Of a stretch of DNA of 64,000 nt, positions 29,360 through 39,601 are shown piece by piece. Made by a program: the position numbers and the translations under genes. The notes beneath the pieces were generated by a model. The model ran no database searches and was not told where the DNA came from. It saw nothing but the letters and a program-made list of their open reading frames with translations. How positions within the stretch are numbered: the first letter of the stretch is position 1; every line of letters starts with the position of its first letter. The stretch is from Eubacteriales bacterium (GTDB taxonomy: Bacteria > Bacillota > Clostridia > Lachnospirales > Lachnospiraceae): NCBI GenBank assembly GCA_036453165.1, contig JAZHVR010000013.1, forward strand, positions 19,821-83,820, given 5' to 3'.

Positions 29360-31666
29360 ATGAATGAGGAACTCGAACTTAGAGACGAAAAACTGAAGAA
29401 GAATGTGGAAGCGGTTGATTCCAACATCAAAAAGATGGATGATTTTTCGTCTCCCGAGGACCTTTATCAGGAACTGATCGCTGACGTAAAAAAGTATCAT
29501 CCGTCTGACGATATTTCGATGATCACAAAGGCGTACCATGTCGCTTCCGAGGCGCACAAGAATCAGAAGCGCAAATCCGGCGAGCCTTATATTATCCATC
29601 CGCTCTGCGTAGCGATTATTCTCGCTGAGCTGGAGCTTGATAAGGAATCAATCGTCGCGGGACTGCTTCACGATGTTGTCGAGGACACGATCCTGACGAG
29701 GGAGGAGATCGAAAAGGAATTCGGCTCTGAGGTCGCAGAGATCGTCGACGGCGTGACAAAGCTTGGTCAGCTGTCCTATTCGCAGGATAAAATTGAGGAA
29801 CAGGCGGAGAACCTCCGCAAGATGTTCCTGGCGATGGCAAAGGATATCCGAGTCATCATGGTCAAGCTTGCCGACCGTCTGCACAATATGCGCACGCTGC
29901 AGTACATGACGCCCGCAAAGCAGATTGAAAAATCGCGCGAGACGATCGAGATTTATTCTCCGATCGCCCAGAGACTTGGTATCTCAAAGGTCAAGAACGA
30001 GCTTGATGACCTGAGTCTCAAGTATCTGAAGCCGGACGCCTACAGAGAGCTTTCTCAGCAGATTAATCAGAAACGTTCTGAACGCGAGGCATTTGTCGAG
30101 CAGATCGTCCTGGAAGTCCGCAAGAAGCTGGCAGAGGCGAATATTGAGGCGACTGTGTACGGGCGGGCGAAACATTTCTTCAGTATTTACAAGAAGATGG
30201 TCAACCAGCACAAGACACTGGACCAGATCTATGATTTGTTTGCCGTCCGCATTATCGTTGAGTCTGTGAAGGACTGTTATGCGTGTCTGGGTATTATCCA
30301 CGAGATGTATACTCCGGTACCGGGGCGTTTCAAGGACTACATCGCGATGCCGAAGCAGAACATGTACCAGTCTCTCCACACGACGCTGATCGGACCGATG
30401 GGCAGGCCTTTCGAGATCCAGATCCGTACGTATGAGATGCACCGCGTCGCTGAATACGGTATCGCTGCACACTGGAAATATAAGGAGCTCTCAGACGGCA
30501 AAAAGCCGGGCCCGGAGCAGGAGGAGGCAAAGCTGAACTGGCTGCGCCAGATCCTGGAGTGGCAGCAGGACATGAGCGACAACAAAGAGTTCATGAGCCT
30601 TCTGAAGAGCGATCTGAACCTGTTTAATGAAAATGTATATGTCTTCTCGCCTAAGGGCGATGTAAAGACACTACCTGCCGGATCCTGCACGATCGATTTT
30701 GCCTACGCGGTACATTCCGCTGTCGGCAACCGCATGGTCGGCGCCAGGGTAAACGGCAAGCTCGTCCCGATCGAGACGGAGCTGCATAATGGCGACCGTG
30801 TGGAGATCATTACTTCACAGAACTCGAAGGGCCCGAGCCGCGACTGGCTCAAGGTTGTGAAGAGCACGCAGGCGAAGAACCGCATCAACAGGTGGTTCCG
30901 CCAGGAGAAGAAAGAGGACAATATCCTCAAGGGCCACGAGCTTCTCGCCAATTACATTAAAAATAAGGGATATGATTCCTCTGAGATCCTGAAGCCGGAG
31001 TATCAGAAAAAAGTCATGCAGAAGTATGGCTTCCAGGACTGGGATTCTGTTCTGGCTGCTATCGGCCACGGCGGCCTGAAAGAGGGACAGGTCCTCAACA
31101 AGCTGCGCGAGTGCTATGAGACCGACCGTAAGGCACATCTGACGGATGAGCAGATCCTTTCGGAGGTGTCAGCTGCTGAGGGCGAGAATGCCAAGAAAAC
31201 CGGAGGGCAGCGGGGCGGGATCACCGTCCGAGGGATCCATGACGTGGCAGTGCATTTTTCAAAGTGCTGCAGCCCTATCCCCGGAGATGAGATCGTCGGA
31301 TTTGTGACGCGGGGCCGCGGGATCACGATCCACCGTACGGACTGTATCAATGTGATGAACCTTCCGGAGAGTGAGCGCGAGCGGCTGATCGAGGCCGAGT
31401 GGGCTCCGGATTCCGCTTCCGATGAGGTATATCCTGTCGGAATCACGGTCTACGCCAACGACCGCGCCGGACTCCTCGTCGATCTGTCGAAGATTTTTAC
31501 CGAGAGAAATATCAGCATCATCGGCGTAAATTCCCGCACAAACAAACAGGGAGTTGCGACGATCGATATGTCGTTTTCAGTAAAGAGCAAACAGGAACTG
31601 ACAGATCTTGTACAGAAGATCAAACAGGTGCCGAACGTTGTTGATGTAGAAAGAGCGAAAGGTTAA
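29360..31666 (+). CDS. relA: Bifunctional (p)ppGpp synthetase/hydrolase Rel
   Basis: Motifs RKSGEPYIIHP, LHDVVEDT, KLADRLHNMRT and YQSLHT; TGS and ACT domains. Confidence 0.98.
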   Translation: MNEELELRDEKLKKNVEAVDSNIKKMDDFSSPEDLYQELIADVKKYHPSDDISMITKAYHVASEAHKNQKRKSGEPYIIHPLCVAIILAELELDKESIVAGLLHDVVEDTILTREEIEKEFGSEVAEIVDGVTKLGQLSYSQDKIEEQAENLRKMFLAMAKDIRVIMVKLADRLHNMRTLQYMTPAKQIEKSRETIEIYSPIAQRLGISKVKNELDDLSLKYLKPDAYRELSQQINQKRSEREAFVEQIVLEVRKKLAEANIEATVYGRAKHFFSIYKKMVNQHKTLDQIYDLFAVRIIVESVKDCYACLGIIHEMYTPVPGRFKDYIAMPKQNMYQSLHTTLIGPMGRPFEIQIRTYEMHRVAEYGIAAHWKYKELSDGKKPGPEQEEAKLNWLRQILEWQQDMSDNKEFMSLLKSDLNLFNENVYVFSPKGDVKTLPAGSCTIDFAYAVHSAVGNRMVGARVNGKLVPIETELHNGDRVEIITSQNSKGPSRDWLKVVKSTQAKNRINRWFRQEKKEDNILKGHELLANYIKNKGYDSSEILKPEYQKKVMQKYGFQDWDSVLAAIGHGGLKEGQVLNKLRECYETDRKAHLTDEQILSEVSAAEGENAKKTGGQRGGITVRGIHDVAVHFSKCCSPIPGDEIVGFVTRGRGITIHRTDCINVMNLPESERERLIEAEWAPDSASDEVYPVGITVYANDRAGLLVDLSKIFTERNISIIGVNSRTNKQGVATIDMSFSVKSKQELTDLVQKIKQVPNVVDVERAKG

Positions 31667-31671
31667 GACCT

Positions 31672-32325
31672 ATGGCTATGCGTTTAGAGAGTCTGGCCCT
31701 CGGAATGATCTCTACGAATGTTTATTTTGTAGAGAATTCGGAGACCAGGGAGATGCTCATTATTGATCCTGCGGACAATGCTGACAGGATAAAGCTTAAG
31801 GTCAGCCAGATGCAGGGGAAACCCGTCGCTATCCTTCTGACCCACGGACATTATGATCATTTCGGCGCGGCAGCGGATGTCAGAGATGCATATAAGACGC
31901 CGGACGGAAAGAATATCCCAATCATCTGCGGGGAAAAGGAACAGGCTGTTCTGGATGATCCGGAGGTTAATACTTCCCCGATGCACGGCGTGTCTGCGAC
32001 ACTGAAGGCTGACAAATATGTTAAAGACGGGGATGTGCTCCATCTCGCCGGGTTCGAGATCCATGTGCTCTGGACACCGGGTCATACGATCGGCGGCGTC
32101 TGCTATTACTTCCCGAATGAGCATGCTCTTTTTTCGGGGGACACGCTTTTCTGCCAGTCTTATGGACGAACGGATTTTCCGACCGGAAGCAGCCGGCAGA
32201 TGATCGGGAGCGTCCGGAGACTTCTGAGGGAACTGCCCGATAACACAGACGTATATCCGGGGCACGAGTATACGACAACGATCAGGCAGGAAAAAAGATA
32301 TAATCCCCTTGCAATCGGAAACTGA
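31672..32325 (+). CDS. MBL-fold metallo-hydrolase
   Basis: Motifs THGHYDH, TPGHT, FSGDTLF and PGH. Confidence 0.92.
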   Translation: MAMRLESLALGMISTNVYFVENSETREMLIIDPADNADRIKLKVSQMQGKPVAILLTHGHYDHFGAAADVRDAYKTPDGKNIPIICGEKEQAVLDDPEVNTSPMHGVSATLKADKYVKDGDVLHLAGFEIHVLWTPGHTIGGVCYYFPNEHALFSGDTLFCQSYGRTDFPTGSSRQMIGSVRRLLRELPDNTDVYPGHEYTTTIRQEKRYNPLAIGN

Positions 32326-32343
32326 CAAAAAGGAGAGAGATTT

Positions 32344-33831
32344 TTGGCAGCATTTACCTTGTGGTTCAGCCGCAGGATTTTTGAATATGACGTATTTCAT
32401 CTGATTCAGGCTTTTTATCCGATGTCGACGGCTGACATCTGGTACGAAGGTGAGAAAAAGCCGGATGGAGATCGCGATGCGGACTTTTCGGTCGATTATA
32501 CGGACGATTTAGTCCGCTTTTCGTGTGTTACAGGGAAAGGTGAGAGCTTCGGCGGCGAGGCACCGATCACGGACTGGAACGACAGGCACCGCACCAAAAA
32601 TGAAGTGAAGAGTCTGGTCTATCAGGTCCTGGAGGAACACACGGGGAGAACACTTCCCTGGGGCGACCTGACGGGAATCCGGCCGACAAAGATTGTCATG
32701 AAGCTTTCTGAAGAAGGCAGGACGGAGGATGAGATCAGGCAGGATCTGAAGACGGAATATTTCGTCTCGGATGAAAAAATCAGCCTCGCCATGGAGACGG
32801 TCAGACGCGAGCAGAAGCTGATGGCTGACTGCCACACTGTACTTTCTTCGCCTGACGGACACAGGGGATATAGTCTGTATGTCGACGTCCCGTTCTGTCC
32901 GTCGATCTGCCTGTATTGTACTTTCGGATCGCACAGACTTGACGCTTTCCGCGATTTTGTAAAGCCTTATTTCGACGCTTTGTATAAAGAGCTCCGATAT
33001 GTCGGCCGCGCGATGAATGAAAGAGATTATCGGCTGGATACGATCTATATCGGGGGCGGAACTCCGACTTCGATCCCGCCGGAGCAGCTGAGGGAGCTTC
33101 TCGGTGTGCTCGCCGATAATTTCGATCTGGATAATCTGAAGGAATTTACCGTGGAAGCCGGAAGGCCGGACACTGTTTCGAATGAGATCCTTGCTGTTCT
33201 GAAGGAATTTCCCGTCACGAGAATTTCGATCAATCCGCAGACGATGGTGCAGAAAACTCTCGACATTATCGGGAGGGAGCACACGACAGAGCAGACGATC
33301 GATGCTTTCCAGCGCGCCCGGAAGGCAGGGTTCGATAATATTAACATGGATATGATCGTCGGACTTCCCGGCGAGGGTGAGGACGAGGTCCGCGAGACGC
33401 TGGATGGAATATCGAAGCTTTCTCCGGACAGTCTTACGGTCCATTCCCTGGCACTGAAGAGAGCCGCGAGACTGAACCTGTTCAGGGATGTGTATGAACC
33501 TGTTTCCTTCGAAAATTCCGCGAAGATTATGCACCTCACAGAACAGACTGCGAGGGATCTCGGCATGACACCGTATTATCTGTACAGGCAGAAAAATATG
33601 GCCGGGAATTTTGAAAATGTCGGCTATGCCCGCCCGGGAAAAGCCTGTCTGTACAATGTTCTCATCATGGAAGAGGTACAGACAATCATGGCCTGTGGCA
33701 GCGGCGCTTCGACAAAGTTCGTCTCCGATGACGGAGAGCGCATCTGGCGGGCCGAAAATGTGAAGGATCTGAAAAATTATATAGACCGCATCGATGAGAT
33801 GATTCTTAGAAAACAAAACAGTTTTGAATAA
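32344..33831 (+). CDS. hemZ: HemZ-like radical SAM protein (coproporphyrinogen dehydrogenase family)
   Basis: Motifs WGDLTGIRP, CPSICLYC, YIGGGTPT and YYLYRQKNM; conserved position near relA/hisS. Confidence 0.9.
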   Translation: MAAFTLWFSRRIFEYDVFHLIQAFYPMSTADIWYEGEKKPDGDRDADFSVDYTDDLVRFSCVTGKGESFGGEAPITDWNDRHRTKNEVKSLVYQVLEEHTGRTLPWGDLTGIRPTKIVMKLSEEGRTEDEIRQDLKTEYFVSDEKISLAMETVRREQKLMADCHTVLSSPDGHRGYSLYVDVPFCPSICLYCTFGSHRLDAFRDFVKPYFDALYKELRYVGRAMNERDYRLDTIYIGGGTPTSIPPEQLRELLGVLADNFDLDNLKEFTVEAGRPDTVSNEILAVLKEFPVTRISINPQTMVQKTLDIIGREHTTEQTIDAFQRARKAGFDNINMDMIVGLPGEGEDEVRETLDGISKLSPDSLTVHSLALKRAARLNLFRDVYEPVSFENSAKIMHLTEQTARDLGMTPYYLYRQKNMAGNFENVGYARPGKACLYNVLIMEEVQTIMACGSGASTKFVSDDGERIWRAENVKDLKNYIDRIDEMILRKQNSFE

Positions 33832-33833
33832 TT

Positions 33834-34742
33834 ATGAAAAAAGATAAATCGTCCAAAAAGGATAAAGAGAAAAAGAAAAAAGAGAAGAAAAAGAATAAAT
33901 CTTCCCTTCACAAAGAGCAGGAGTTAATAACCGGTGATACGGAGAGTATCTCCGAAGTGAATCACATCCTCTCTGAGATAGAGCATGGTTCCGGTGAATC
34001 AGAAAAAAATGCTTCCGGGCCTGCGGGCAAGGCTGCAGCTCACAAGGGACACTATGTCAATCATAAACATCTTCTCAGCCATTCACATGCTTCTGAGCTG
34101 GAGCACGCAAAAATGGTGAGCAGTCTCGCCTATGAAGTGGCTCTGGAGATGGGACTCCCCGATAAATGGGCGGACGATATGATAATCGCAGGATATTTTC
34201 ATGATATCGGAAAGTCGATCCTTGCGCAGACGACCTCAAATGAGTCAAAGCTCGTGGTTGAGGAGATGAACGCCCTCCGCATCCATCCGATGATCGGGTA
34301 TGAGGAGCTGGAGGCCAGCGGATACAACCGGTGGATCTGCGATTCCGTGCGGTGGCATCACGAGAATAAGGATGGGAGCGGATATCCCGACGGGCTGAAG
34401 GACGGCGAGATCCCGCTCGGCGCTTGCATTCTCAGAGTCTGTGATGTATTCTGTGCATTGGTTCAGGACCGGGAATACCGCAAAGCTTTTTCACCGGAGC
34501 AGGCGGTTTCCATTATGGTCGATGAAGTTGAAAAATATGACATCCGGGCTTTTCTCGCGTTCCAGCGCGTCATCCACAGAAATGAGGATGGAAGCGTGCA
34601 GGTACCGCCTGTGAGCCCACGAGTTGAAGAAGTCTGGAAGGAACTGCAAAATGAAACTGACGAAGAAACCAGTAACAGGCATGAAGGACATTCTCCCGCG
34701 GGAGATGGAGATCAGGAATTACGTGATGCAGCAGATCCGTGA
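33834..34742 (+). CDS. HD-GYP domain protein with Lys-rich N-terminus
   Basis: Motifs FHDIGK, HPMIG and HHENKDGSGYP; overlaps the hisS start by 92 nt. Confidence 0.82.
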   Translation: MKKDKSSKKDKEKKKKEKKKNKSSLHKEQELITGDTESISEVNHILSEIEHGSGESEKNASGPAGKAAAHKGHYVNHKHLLSHSHASELEHAKMVSSLAYEVALEMGLPDKWADDMIIAGYFHDIGKSILAQTTSNESKLVVEEMNALRIHPMIGYEELEASGYNRWICDSVRWHHENKDGSGYPDGLKDGEIPLGACILRVCDVFCALVQDREYRKAFSPEQAVSIMVDEVEKYDIRAFLAFQRVIHRNEDGSVQVPPVSPRVEEVWKELQNETDEETSNRHEGHSPAGDGDQELRDAADP

Positions 34743-35901
34743 GACATACACGGAATTCGGCTTCACGCAGATTGAAACTCCATGTGTAGAGCATATCGAG
34801 AATCTGAACAGCAAGCAGGGCGGTGAGAATGAGAAGCTCATCTTCAAGATCATGAAGAGGGGCGAAAAACTTAAGCTTGATCAGGCAAAATCCGAGGCCG
34901 ATCTCACAGACAGCGGCCTCCGCTATGATCTGACGCTCCCGCTGTCAAGATTTTATGCAAATAATGCAAATGATCTGCCGTCGCCGTTCAAGGCGCTGCA
35001 GATGGGACCGGTGTGGAGAGCGGACCGCCCTCAGAGAGGCCGTTACCGCCAGTTCATGCAGTGTGATATCGATATCCTCGGCGAGGCTTCCAATATCGCA
35101 GAGATCGAGCTTGTCCTCGCGACAACGACGGTTCTCGGAAAAATTGGTTTCAAAAACTTCACCATCCGCATCAATGACCGCCGGATCCTCAAGGCGATGG
35201 CGGCTTATTCGGGATTCCCTGAAGAGTCCTATGACGAGGTGTTTATCATCCTCGACAAGATGGACAAGATCGGTATGGATGGTGTTGAAGAAGACCTTCT
35301 GAAAGAGGGCTTCACAAAGGAATCTGTCGATAAATACCTCGAGCTTTTCCGTCAGATCACACCGGACGCTGCCGGTGTGCAGAAGGCAAAGGAACTCCTT
35401 GATGGATATCTTGATCCGAAGTATGCGGACGGGCTGATCACGATTATCAACAGCGTTGACGCGACAAAGCAGGCAGAGTTTAAGATGGCTTTTGATCCGA
35501 CGCTCGTGAGAGGCATGTCTTACTACACGGGACCGATTTTTGAGATCTCCATGGATGAGTACGGCGGATCCGTTGGTGGAGGCGGACGCTATGACGAGAT
35601 GGTCGGAAAATTTATCGGCCAGCCAGTTCCCGCCGTAGGCTTTTCAATTGGTTTTGAGCGGATCGTCATGCTGCTGCTCGAGTCGGACTTCCAGGTTCCT
35701 GGCAAGACGTCGAAAAAGGCAATCCTCGTCGACAAGAAGTGCTCCGGCGAGCAGATCCAGGCCGCTGTGGCAAAAGCGATGGAAGAGCGCAAAAATGGCG
35801 GAGTCGTGAACGTGCTCGTAATGAAGAAGAACAAAAAGTTCCAGAAGGAGCAGCTGTCCGAAGAGGGCTATACCGAATTCGAAGAGTTTTACGCGAATTA
35901 A
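34651..35901 (+). CDS. hisS: Histidine--tRNA ligase
   Basis: Motifs PVTGMKD, LRYDLT, RPQRGRYRQFMQCD and GGGGRYD. Confidence 0.97.
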   Translation: MKLTKKPVTGMKDILPREMEIRNYVMQQIRETYTEFGFTQIETPCVEHIENLNSKQGGENEKLIFKIMKRGEKLKLDQAKSEADLTDSGLRYDLTLPLSRFYANNANDLPSPFKALQMGPVWRADRPQRGRYRQFMQCDIDILGEASNIAEIELVLATTTVLGKIGFKNFTIRINDRRILKAMAAYSGFPEESYDEVFIILDKMDKIGMDGVEEDLLKEGFTKESVDKYLELFRQITPDAAGVQKAKELLDGYLDPKYADGLITIINSVDATKQAEFKMAFDPTLVRGMSYYTGPIFEISMDEYGGSVGGGGRYDEMVGKFIGQPVPAVGFSIGFERIVMLLLESDFQVPGKTSKKAILVDKKCSGEQIQAAVAKAMEERKNGGVVNVLVMKKNKKFQKEQLSEEGYTEFEEFYAN

Positions 35902-35958
35902 TGAGACTTCGCATGTCCGGGGCTTCATTGATCATATACAAAGTGAGGAGACAAGAAA

Positions 35959-37752
35959 ATGGCTGAAAGTATGAAAGGAATGCACCGTACCTGCCGCGTG
36001 GCAGAGGTCACGGAGGAGATGATCGGCAAGGAGATCACTCTGATGGGCTGGGTGCAGAAGAGCAGAAACAAGGGCGGCATTATTTTTGTTGACCTGCGTG
36101 ACCGCTCTGGTATCATGCAGCTTATCTTTGATTCTGCAAAAACGGATCAGGAGACTTATGACAAGGCGGCAAAGCTCCGCTCTGAGTTTGTCATCGCTGT
36201 GAAGGGCGTGCTTCAGAAGCGCGCGGGCGAGGCAAATACAAAGCTCACGACCGGAAATCTTGAGGTTCAGGTCAGCTACCTCCGCATTCTCTCTGAATCA
36301 GAGGTTCCACCGTTCCAGATCGAGGAAAATTCGAAGACAAAAGATGAGATCCGCCTGCAGTACAGATATCTTGATCTGCGCCGTCCGGATCTGCAGCGCA
36401 ACATGAAGCTGCGCTCTGAAGTTGCTTACTACACCCGCGAGTTCTTCCACAATGAAGGATTCATGGAAATCGAGACGCCGATGCTCGGCAAGTCCACGCC
36501 GGAAGGCGCACGCGATTACCTTGTTCCGAGCCGTGTCCATCCGGGCAGTTTCTACGCACTGCCGCAGTCCCCGCAGCTGTTCAAGCAGCTGCTGATGTGC
36601 TCCGGCTATGACCGTTACATTCAGCTGGCACGCTGCTTCCGGGATGAGGATCTCCGCGCCGACCGTCAGCCGGAATTCACACAGATCGATATGGAGCTCT
36701 CCTTCGTCGATGTCGATGATGTCATTGATGTCAATGAGCGCTTCCTTAAATACCTGTTCAAGAAGACGCTGAATGTCGATGTAAAGACCCCGATCCCGAG
36801 AATGACATGGATCGAAGCCATGAACCGCTTCGGATCAGATAAGCCGGATGTCCGTTTCGGAATGGAGCTTGTCGATGTTTCCGATGTTGTAAAAGACTTT
36901 GATTTCGTCGTCTTCAAGAACGCCCTCGCAAAGAGGGACGGCTCCGTCCGCGGCATCAATGTTAAGGGCCAGGGCGATATGGGCCGCAAGCAGATCGACA
37001 AGCTTGTTGAGATGGCAAAGGGCATGGGCGCCGGTGGACTGGCATACATCCAGCTGAAGACAGACGGCACCGTAAAGTCTTCCTTCGCCAAGTTCATGAC
37101 CGAAGATCAGGAGAAGGCACTCATCGAGAAGATGGGCGGTGAAAAGGGCGACCTGCTTCTGTTTGCCGCTGACCGCAACAAGATCGTCTGGAATGTTCTC
37201 GGACAGCTCCGCCTGCACTTCCGCGATGAGCTTCACCTCGTCCGCAAGGATGATTTCAATTTCCTGTGGATCGTCGAATTCCCGCTTCTCGAGTGGTCCG
37301 ACGAAGAGAACCGCTATATGGCTATGCACCATCCTTTCACCATGCCGATGGAAGAGGACTGGGACAAGATCGACACCGATCCGGGCAGTGTCCGTGCGAA
37401 AGCATACGACATCACCCTGAACGGCAACGAGATCGGCGGAGGTTCCGTCAGAATCCATCAGGATGACATTCAGGAGAAGATGTTCCAGGTACTTGGCTTT
37501 ACAAAAGAACGCGCGTGGAGCCAGTTCAAATTCCTTCTGACCGCGTTCAAGTACGGAGTACCGCCGCACGCAGGACTGGCGTACGGACTGGACCGTCTGG
37601 TCATGCTGATGGCACAGGCAGATACAATCCGTGACGTCATTGCCTTCCCGAAGGTAAAAGACGCTTCCGACCTCATGACCGAAGCACCGAGCCGCGTCGA
37701 GCAGAAACAGCTTGACGAGCTTGGCCTAGAAGTACCGCCGGAAGAGAAGTAA
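35959..37752 (+). CDS. aspS: Aspartate--tRNA ligase
   Basis: Motifs FVDLRDRSG, TPEGARDY, LPQSPQLFKQ, HHPFT and PPHAGLAYGLDR. Confidence 0.98.
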   Translation: MAESMKGMHRTCRVAEVTEEMIGKEITLMGWVQKSRNKGGIIFVDLRDRSGIMQLIFDSAKTDQETYDKAAKLRSEFVIAVKGVLQKRAGEANTKLTTGNLEVQVSYLRILSESEVPPFQIEENSKTKDEIRLQYRYLDLRRPDLQRNMKLRSEVAYYTREFFHNEGFMEIETPMLGKSTPEGARDYLVPSRVHPGSFYALPQSPQLFKQLLMCSGYDRYIQLARCFRDEDLRADRQPEFTQIDMELSFVDVDDVIDVNERFLKYLFKKTLNVDVKTPIPRMTWIEAMNRFGSDKPDVRFGMELVDVSDVVKDFDFVVFKNALAKRDGSVRGINVKGQGDMGRKQIDKLVEMAKGMGAGGLAYIQLKTDGTVKSSFAKFMTEDQEKALIEKMGGEKGDLLLFAADRNKIVWNVLGQLRLHFRDELHLVRKDDFNFLWIVEFPLLEWSDEENRYMAMHHPFTMPMEEDWDKIDTDPGSVRAKAYDITLNGNEIGGGSVRIHQDDIQEKMFQVLGFTKERAWSQFKFLLTAFKYGVPPHAGLAYGLDRLVMLMAQADTIRDVIAFPKVKDASDLMTEAPSRVEQKQLDELGLEVPPEEK

Positions 37753-37776
37753 ATTGCATATTTTATAGTATAAATG

Positions 37777-37812
37777 GCATGCGCCCCGCACTTTTGTGTG
37801 GGGCGCATGCTT
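37777..37812 (+). terminator. Hairpin after aspS
   Basis: GCATGCGCCCCGCAC-TTTT-GTGTGGGGCGCATGC. Confidence 0.7.
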
Positions 37813-37823
37813 GTGTTATACGC

Positions 37824-37964
37824 GTTTCTACGAATGCTGCCAGCTGCATATCTCAACCAGCAAATCACGCCGAAGGTGTGAACGAGCTGGTTGAGATATG
37901 CAGCTGGATAGCGCGACAGCGCGATATCGAGCAGCTTGCTGCGAGATACAGCACTCGTAGAAAC
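37824..37964. repeat. Free-standing palindromic module C
   Basis: Ends GTTTCTACGAATGCTG and CAGCACTCGTAGAAAC; internal 22-bp perfect inverted repeat CCAGCTGCATATCTCAACCAGC / GCTGGTTGAGATATGCAGCTGG. Confidence 0.85.
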
Positions 37965-38040
37965 AACGAGCAAAAGGGGCGTATGTTTTCACAGAATATC
38001 GAGAATACAGGTCACTGTTAAATCGAATAGTATAGAGGAA

Positions 38041-38173
38041 TGCGCAGAGGCTTTCAGACGCGACATCCGCAAGCGTCGGTGCTATGCGAGCTCAAGCGGG
38101 AGCGCAGGGCGAGCATTATGCACCGCTACGCTGAGGACAAGCGAGAGCGCGTCGCGGATGAAAACCATGCGCA
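38041..38173 (+). repeat. Dispersed nested palindromic element, copy 3
   Basis: TGCGCAGAGGCTTTCA-module A-different insert-module B-TGAAAACCATGCGCA. Confidence 0.88.
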
Positions 38174-38226
38174 TCTTCGTTGCGGGAGGAGATGTCCTGC
38201 ATGTCGATAAAAACACATTAAAGGGC

Positions 38227-38269
38227 TTGACACAAAGCTGTCCCATCTGTACTATTTGTACTAGTACAG
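38227..38269 (+). promoter_or_regulatory. Promoter with an overlapping palindromic GntR/YtrA-type operator
   Basis: TTGACA-17 bp-TACTAT; CTGTACTA-N7-TAGTACAG at 38247-38269. Confidence 0.75.
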
Positions 38270-38297
38270 TTAATTACCTCAGGTAGGAGTGATGCAT

Positions 38298-38678
38298 ATG
38301 GCGATTGATTACAGGGATCCGAGGCCTGTGTACGAGCAGATCGTTGATCACTATGAAAAACTGATTCTCACAGGCGCTATGAAGCCGGATGAGCGGATGC
38401 CATCCGTGCGTCAGGCGGCGACAGACTGGTCGATCAACCCGAATACGATACAGAAAGCCTTCAGTATCCTGGAAGAGCGCGGCTACATCTATGCCGTCGC
38501 AGGACGCGGGAATTTTGTGGCTGAGAGCGGCCGTCTTCTTCAGAACAGACAGCAGGCGCAGATTGAAGAGATCGAGAAAGAGATCCGCGAAGGAAAGGAA
38601 CTCGGCGTGAAAGAGGAAGAGGTCAGCAGGATCGTAGAGAAAGTTTACGGGAATATTTCACCGGAGGCGGAAAAATGA
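38298..38678 (+). CDS. GntR family (YtrA subfamily) transcriptional regulator
   Basis: Motifs PVYEQIV, MPSVRQ, INPNTIQKA and GRGNFV; short C-terminal domain. Confidence 0.92.
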   Translation: MAIDYRDPRPVYEQIVDHYEKLILTGAMKPDERMPSVRQAATDWSINPNTIQKAFSILEERGYIYAVAGRGNFVAESGRLLQNRQQAQIEEIEKEIREGKELGVKEEEVSRIVEKVYGNISPEAEK

Positions 38679-39601
38679 TCGAGATAAAAAATATTGCAAA
38701 GTCTTATGGCAGAGGAAATGAAGCGCTCCGGGATATTTCTCTTAAGGTCGATGACAGAAAAGTTTTCGGACTGGTCGGAACTAACGGAGCCGGGAAGAGC
38801 ACCCTGCTCAGAATCATGGCGGGAGTTGTCCGTCCGGACAGCGGTGAGGTTATCTATGACGGTAAGCCGCTCTATACCGGAAGAGGTTACCTGCATCAGA
38901 ATATCAGCATTAAGCAGAGTATCTGTTTTCTTTCGGACACCTGGGGATTTCCGATCGCAGCTACAGCGTCAGACTGTGCCGATGAATATGCCATTTACTA
39001 TCCATATTTTAATCGCGGACGCTTTGACCGGATGATGGAGGTTGTCGGCTTTGACGAGAAGAAACCGGTCCGGTTCTATTCAAAGGGTATGAAAAAGGCG
39101 ACAGCGGTCCTTCTCGGGATCGCATCGGGAACACGATATCTTCTCTGCGATGAGCTCTTCGACGGGCTTGATCCGGTTCTCCGTCAGACACTGAAAAGCG
39201 TGTTTGCTGCGGAAATGACGGACCGTGATTTTACCCCTGTCATTGCATCACATAATCTCCGGGAGCTTGAGGATTTTTGTGACCACGTAGGGCTGCTCCA
39301 TAAGGGCGGCGTTCTTCTCTCTGAAAATCTCGGGAACATGCAGCTGAAGATGCACAGGATTCAGTGCGTCATCGGCGATGAGAAGAGAGAGCAGGAACTT
39401 CTGAGAGATCTGAATGTGGTGACCTCCAGGAAAAGAGGATCTGTCCTGGAGATTCTTGTCCGGGGTGATGAAGAACAAATCGCATCCAGACTTGATCAGT
39501 CAGTGCCGATTTTTTCAGAGATTTTACCTGTAAGTCTTGAGGAAGCATTTATCGGAGAAACGGAGGAGAGTGGATATGACTTCAAGAGTCTCTTTTCGTA
39601 A
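38675..39601 (+). CDS. ABC transporter ATP-binding protein (YtrB-like)
   Basis: Walker A GTNGAGKST; Walker B region LLCDELFDGLD. Confidence 0.92.
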   Translation: MIEIKNIAKSYGRGNEALRDISLKVDDRKVFGLVGTNGAGKSTLLRIMAGVVRPDSGEVIYDGKPLYTGRGYLHQNISIKQSICFLSDTWGFPIAATASDCADEYAIYYPYFNRGRFDRMMEVVGFDEKKPVRFYSKGMKKATAVLLGIASGTRYLLCDELFDGLDPVLRQTLKSVFAAEMTDRDFTPVIASHNLRELEDFCDHVGLLHKGGVLLSENLGNMQLKMHRIQCVIGDEKREQELLRDLNVVTSRKRGSVLEILVRGDEEQIASRLDQSVPIFSEILPVSLEEAFIGETEESGYDFKSLFS

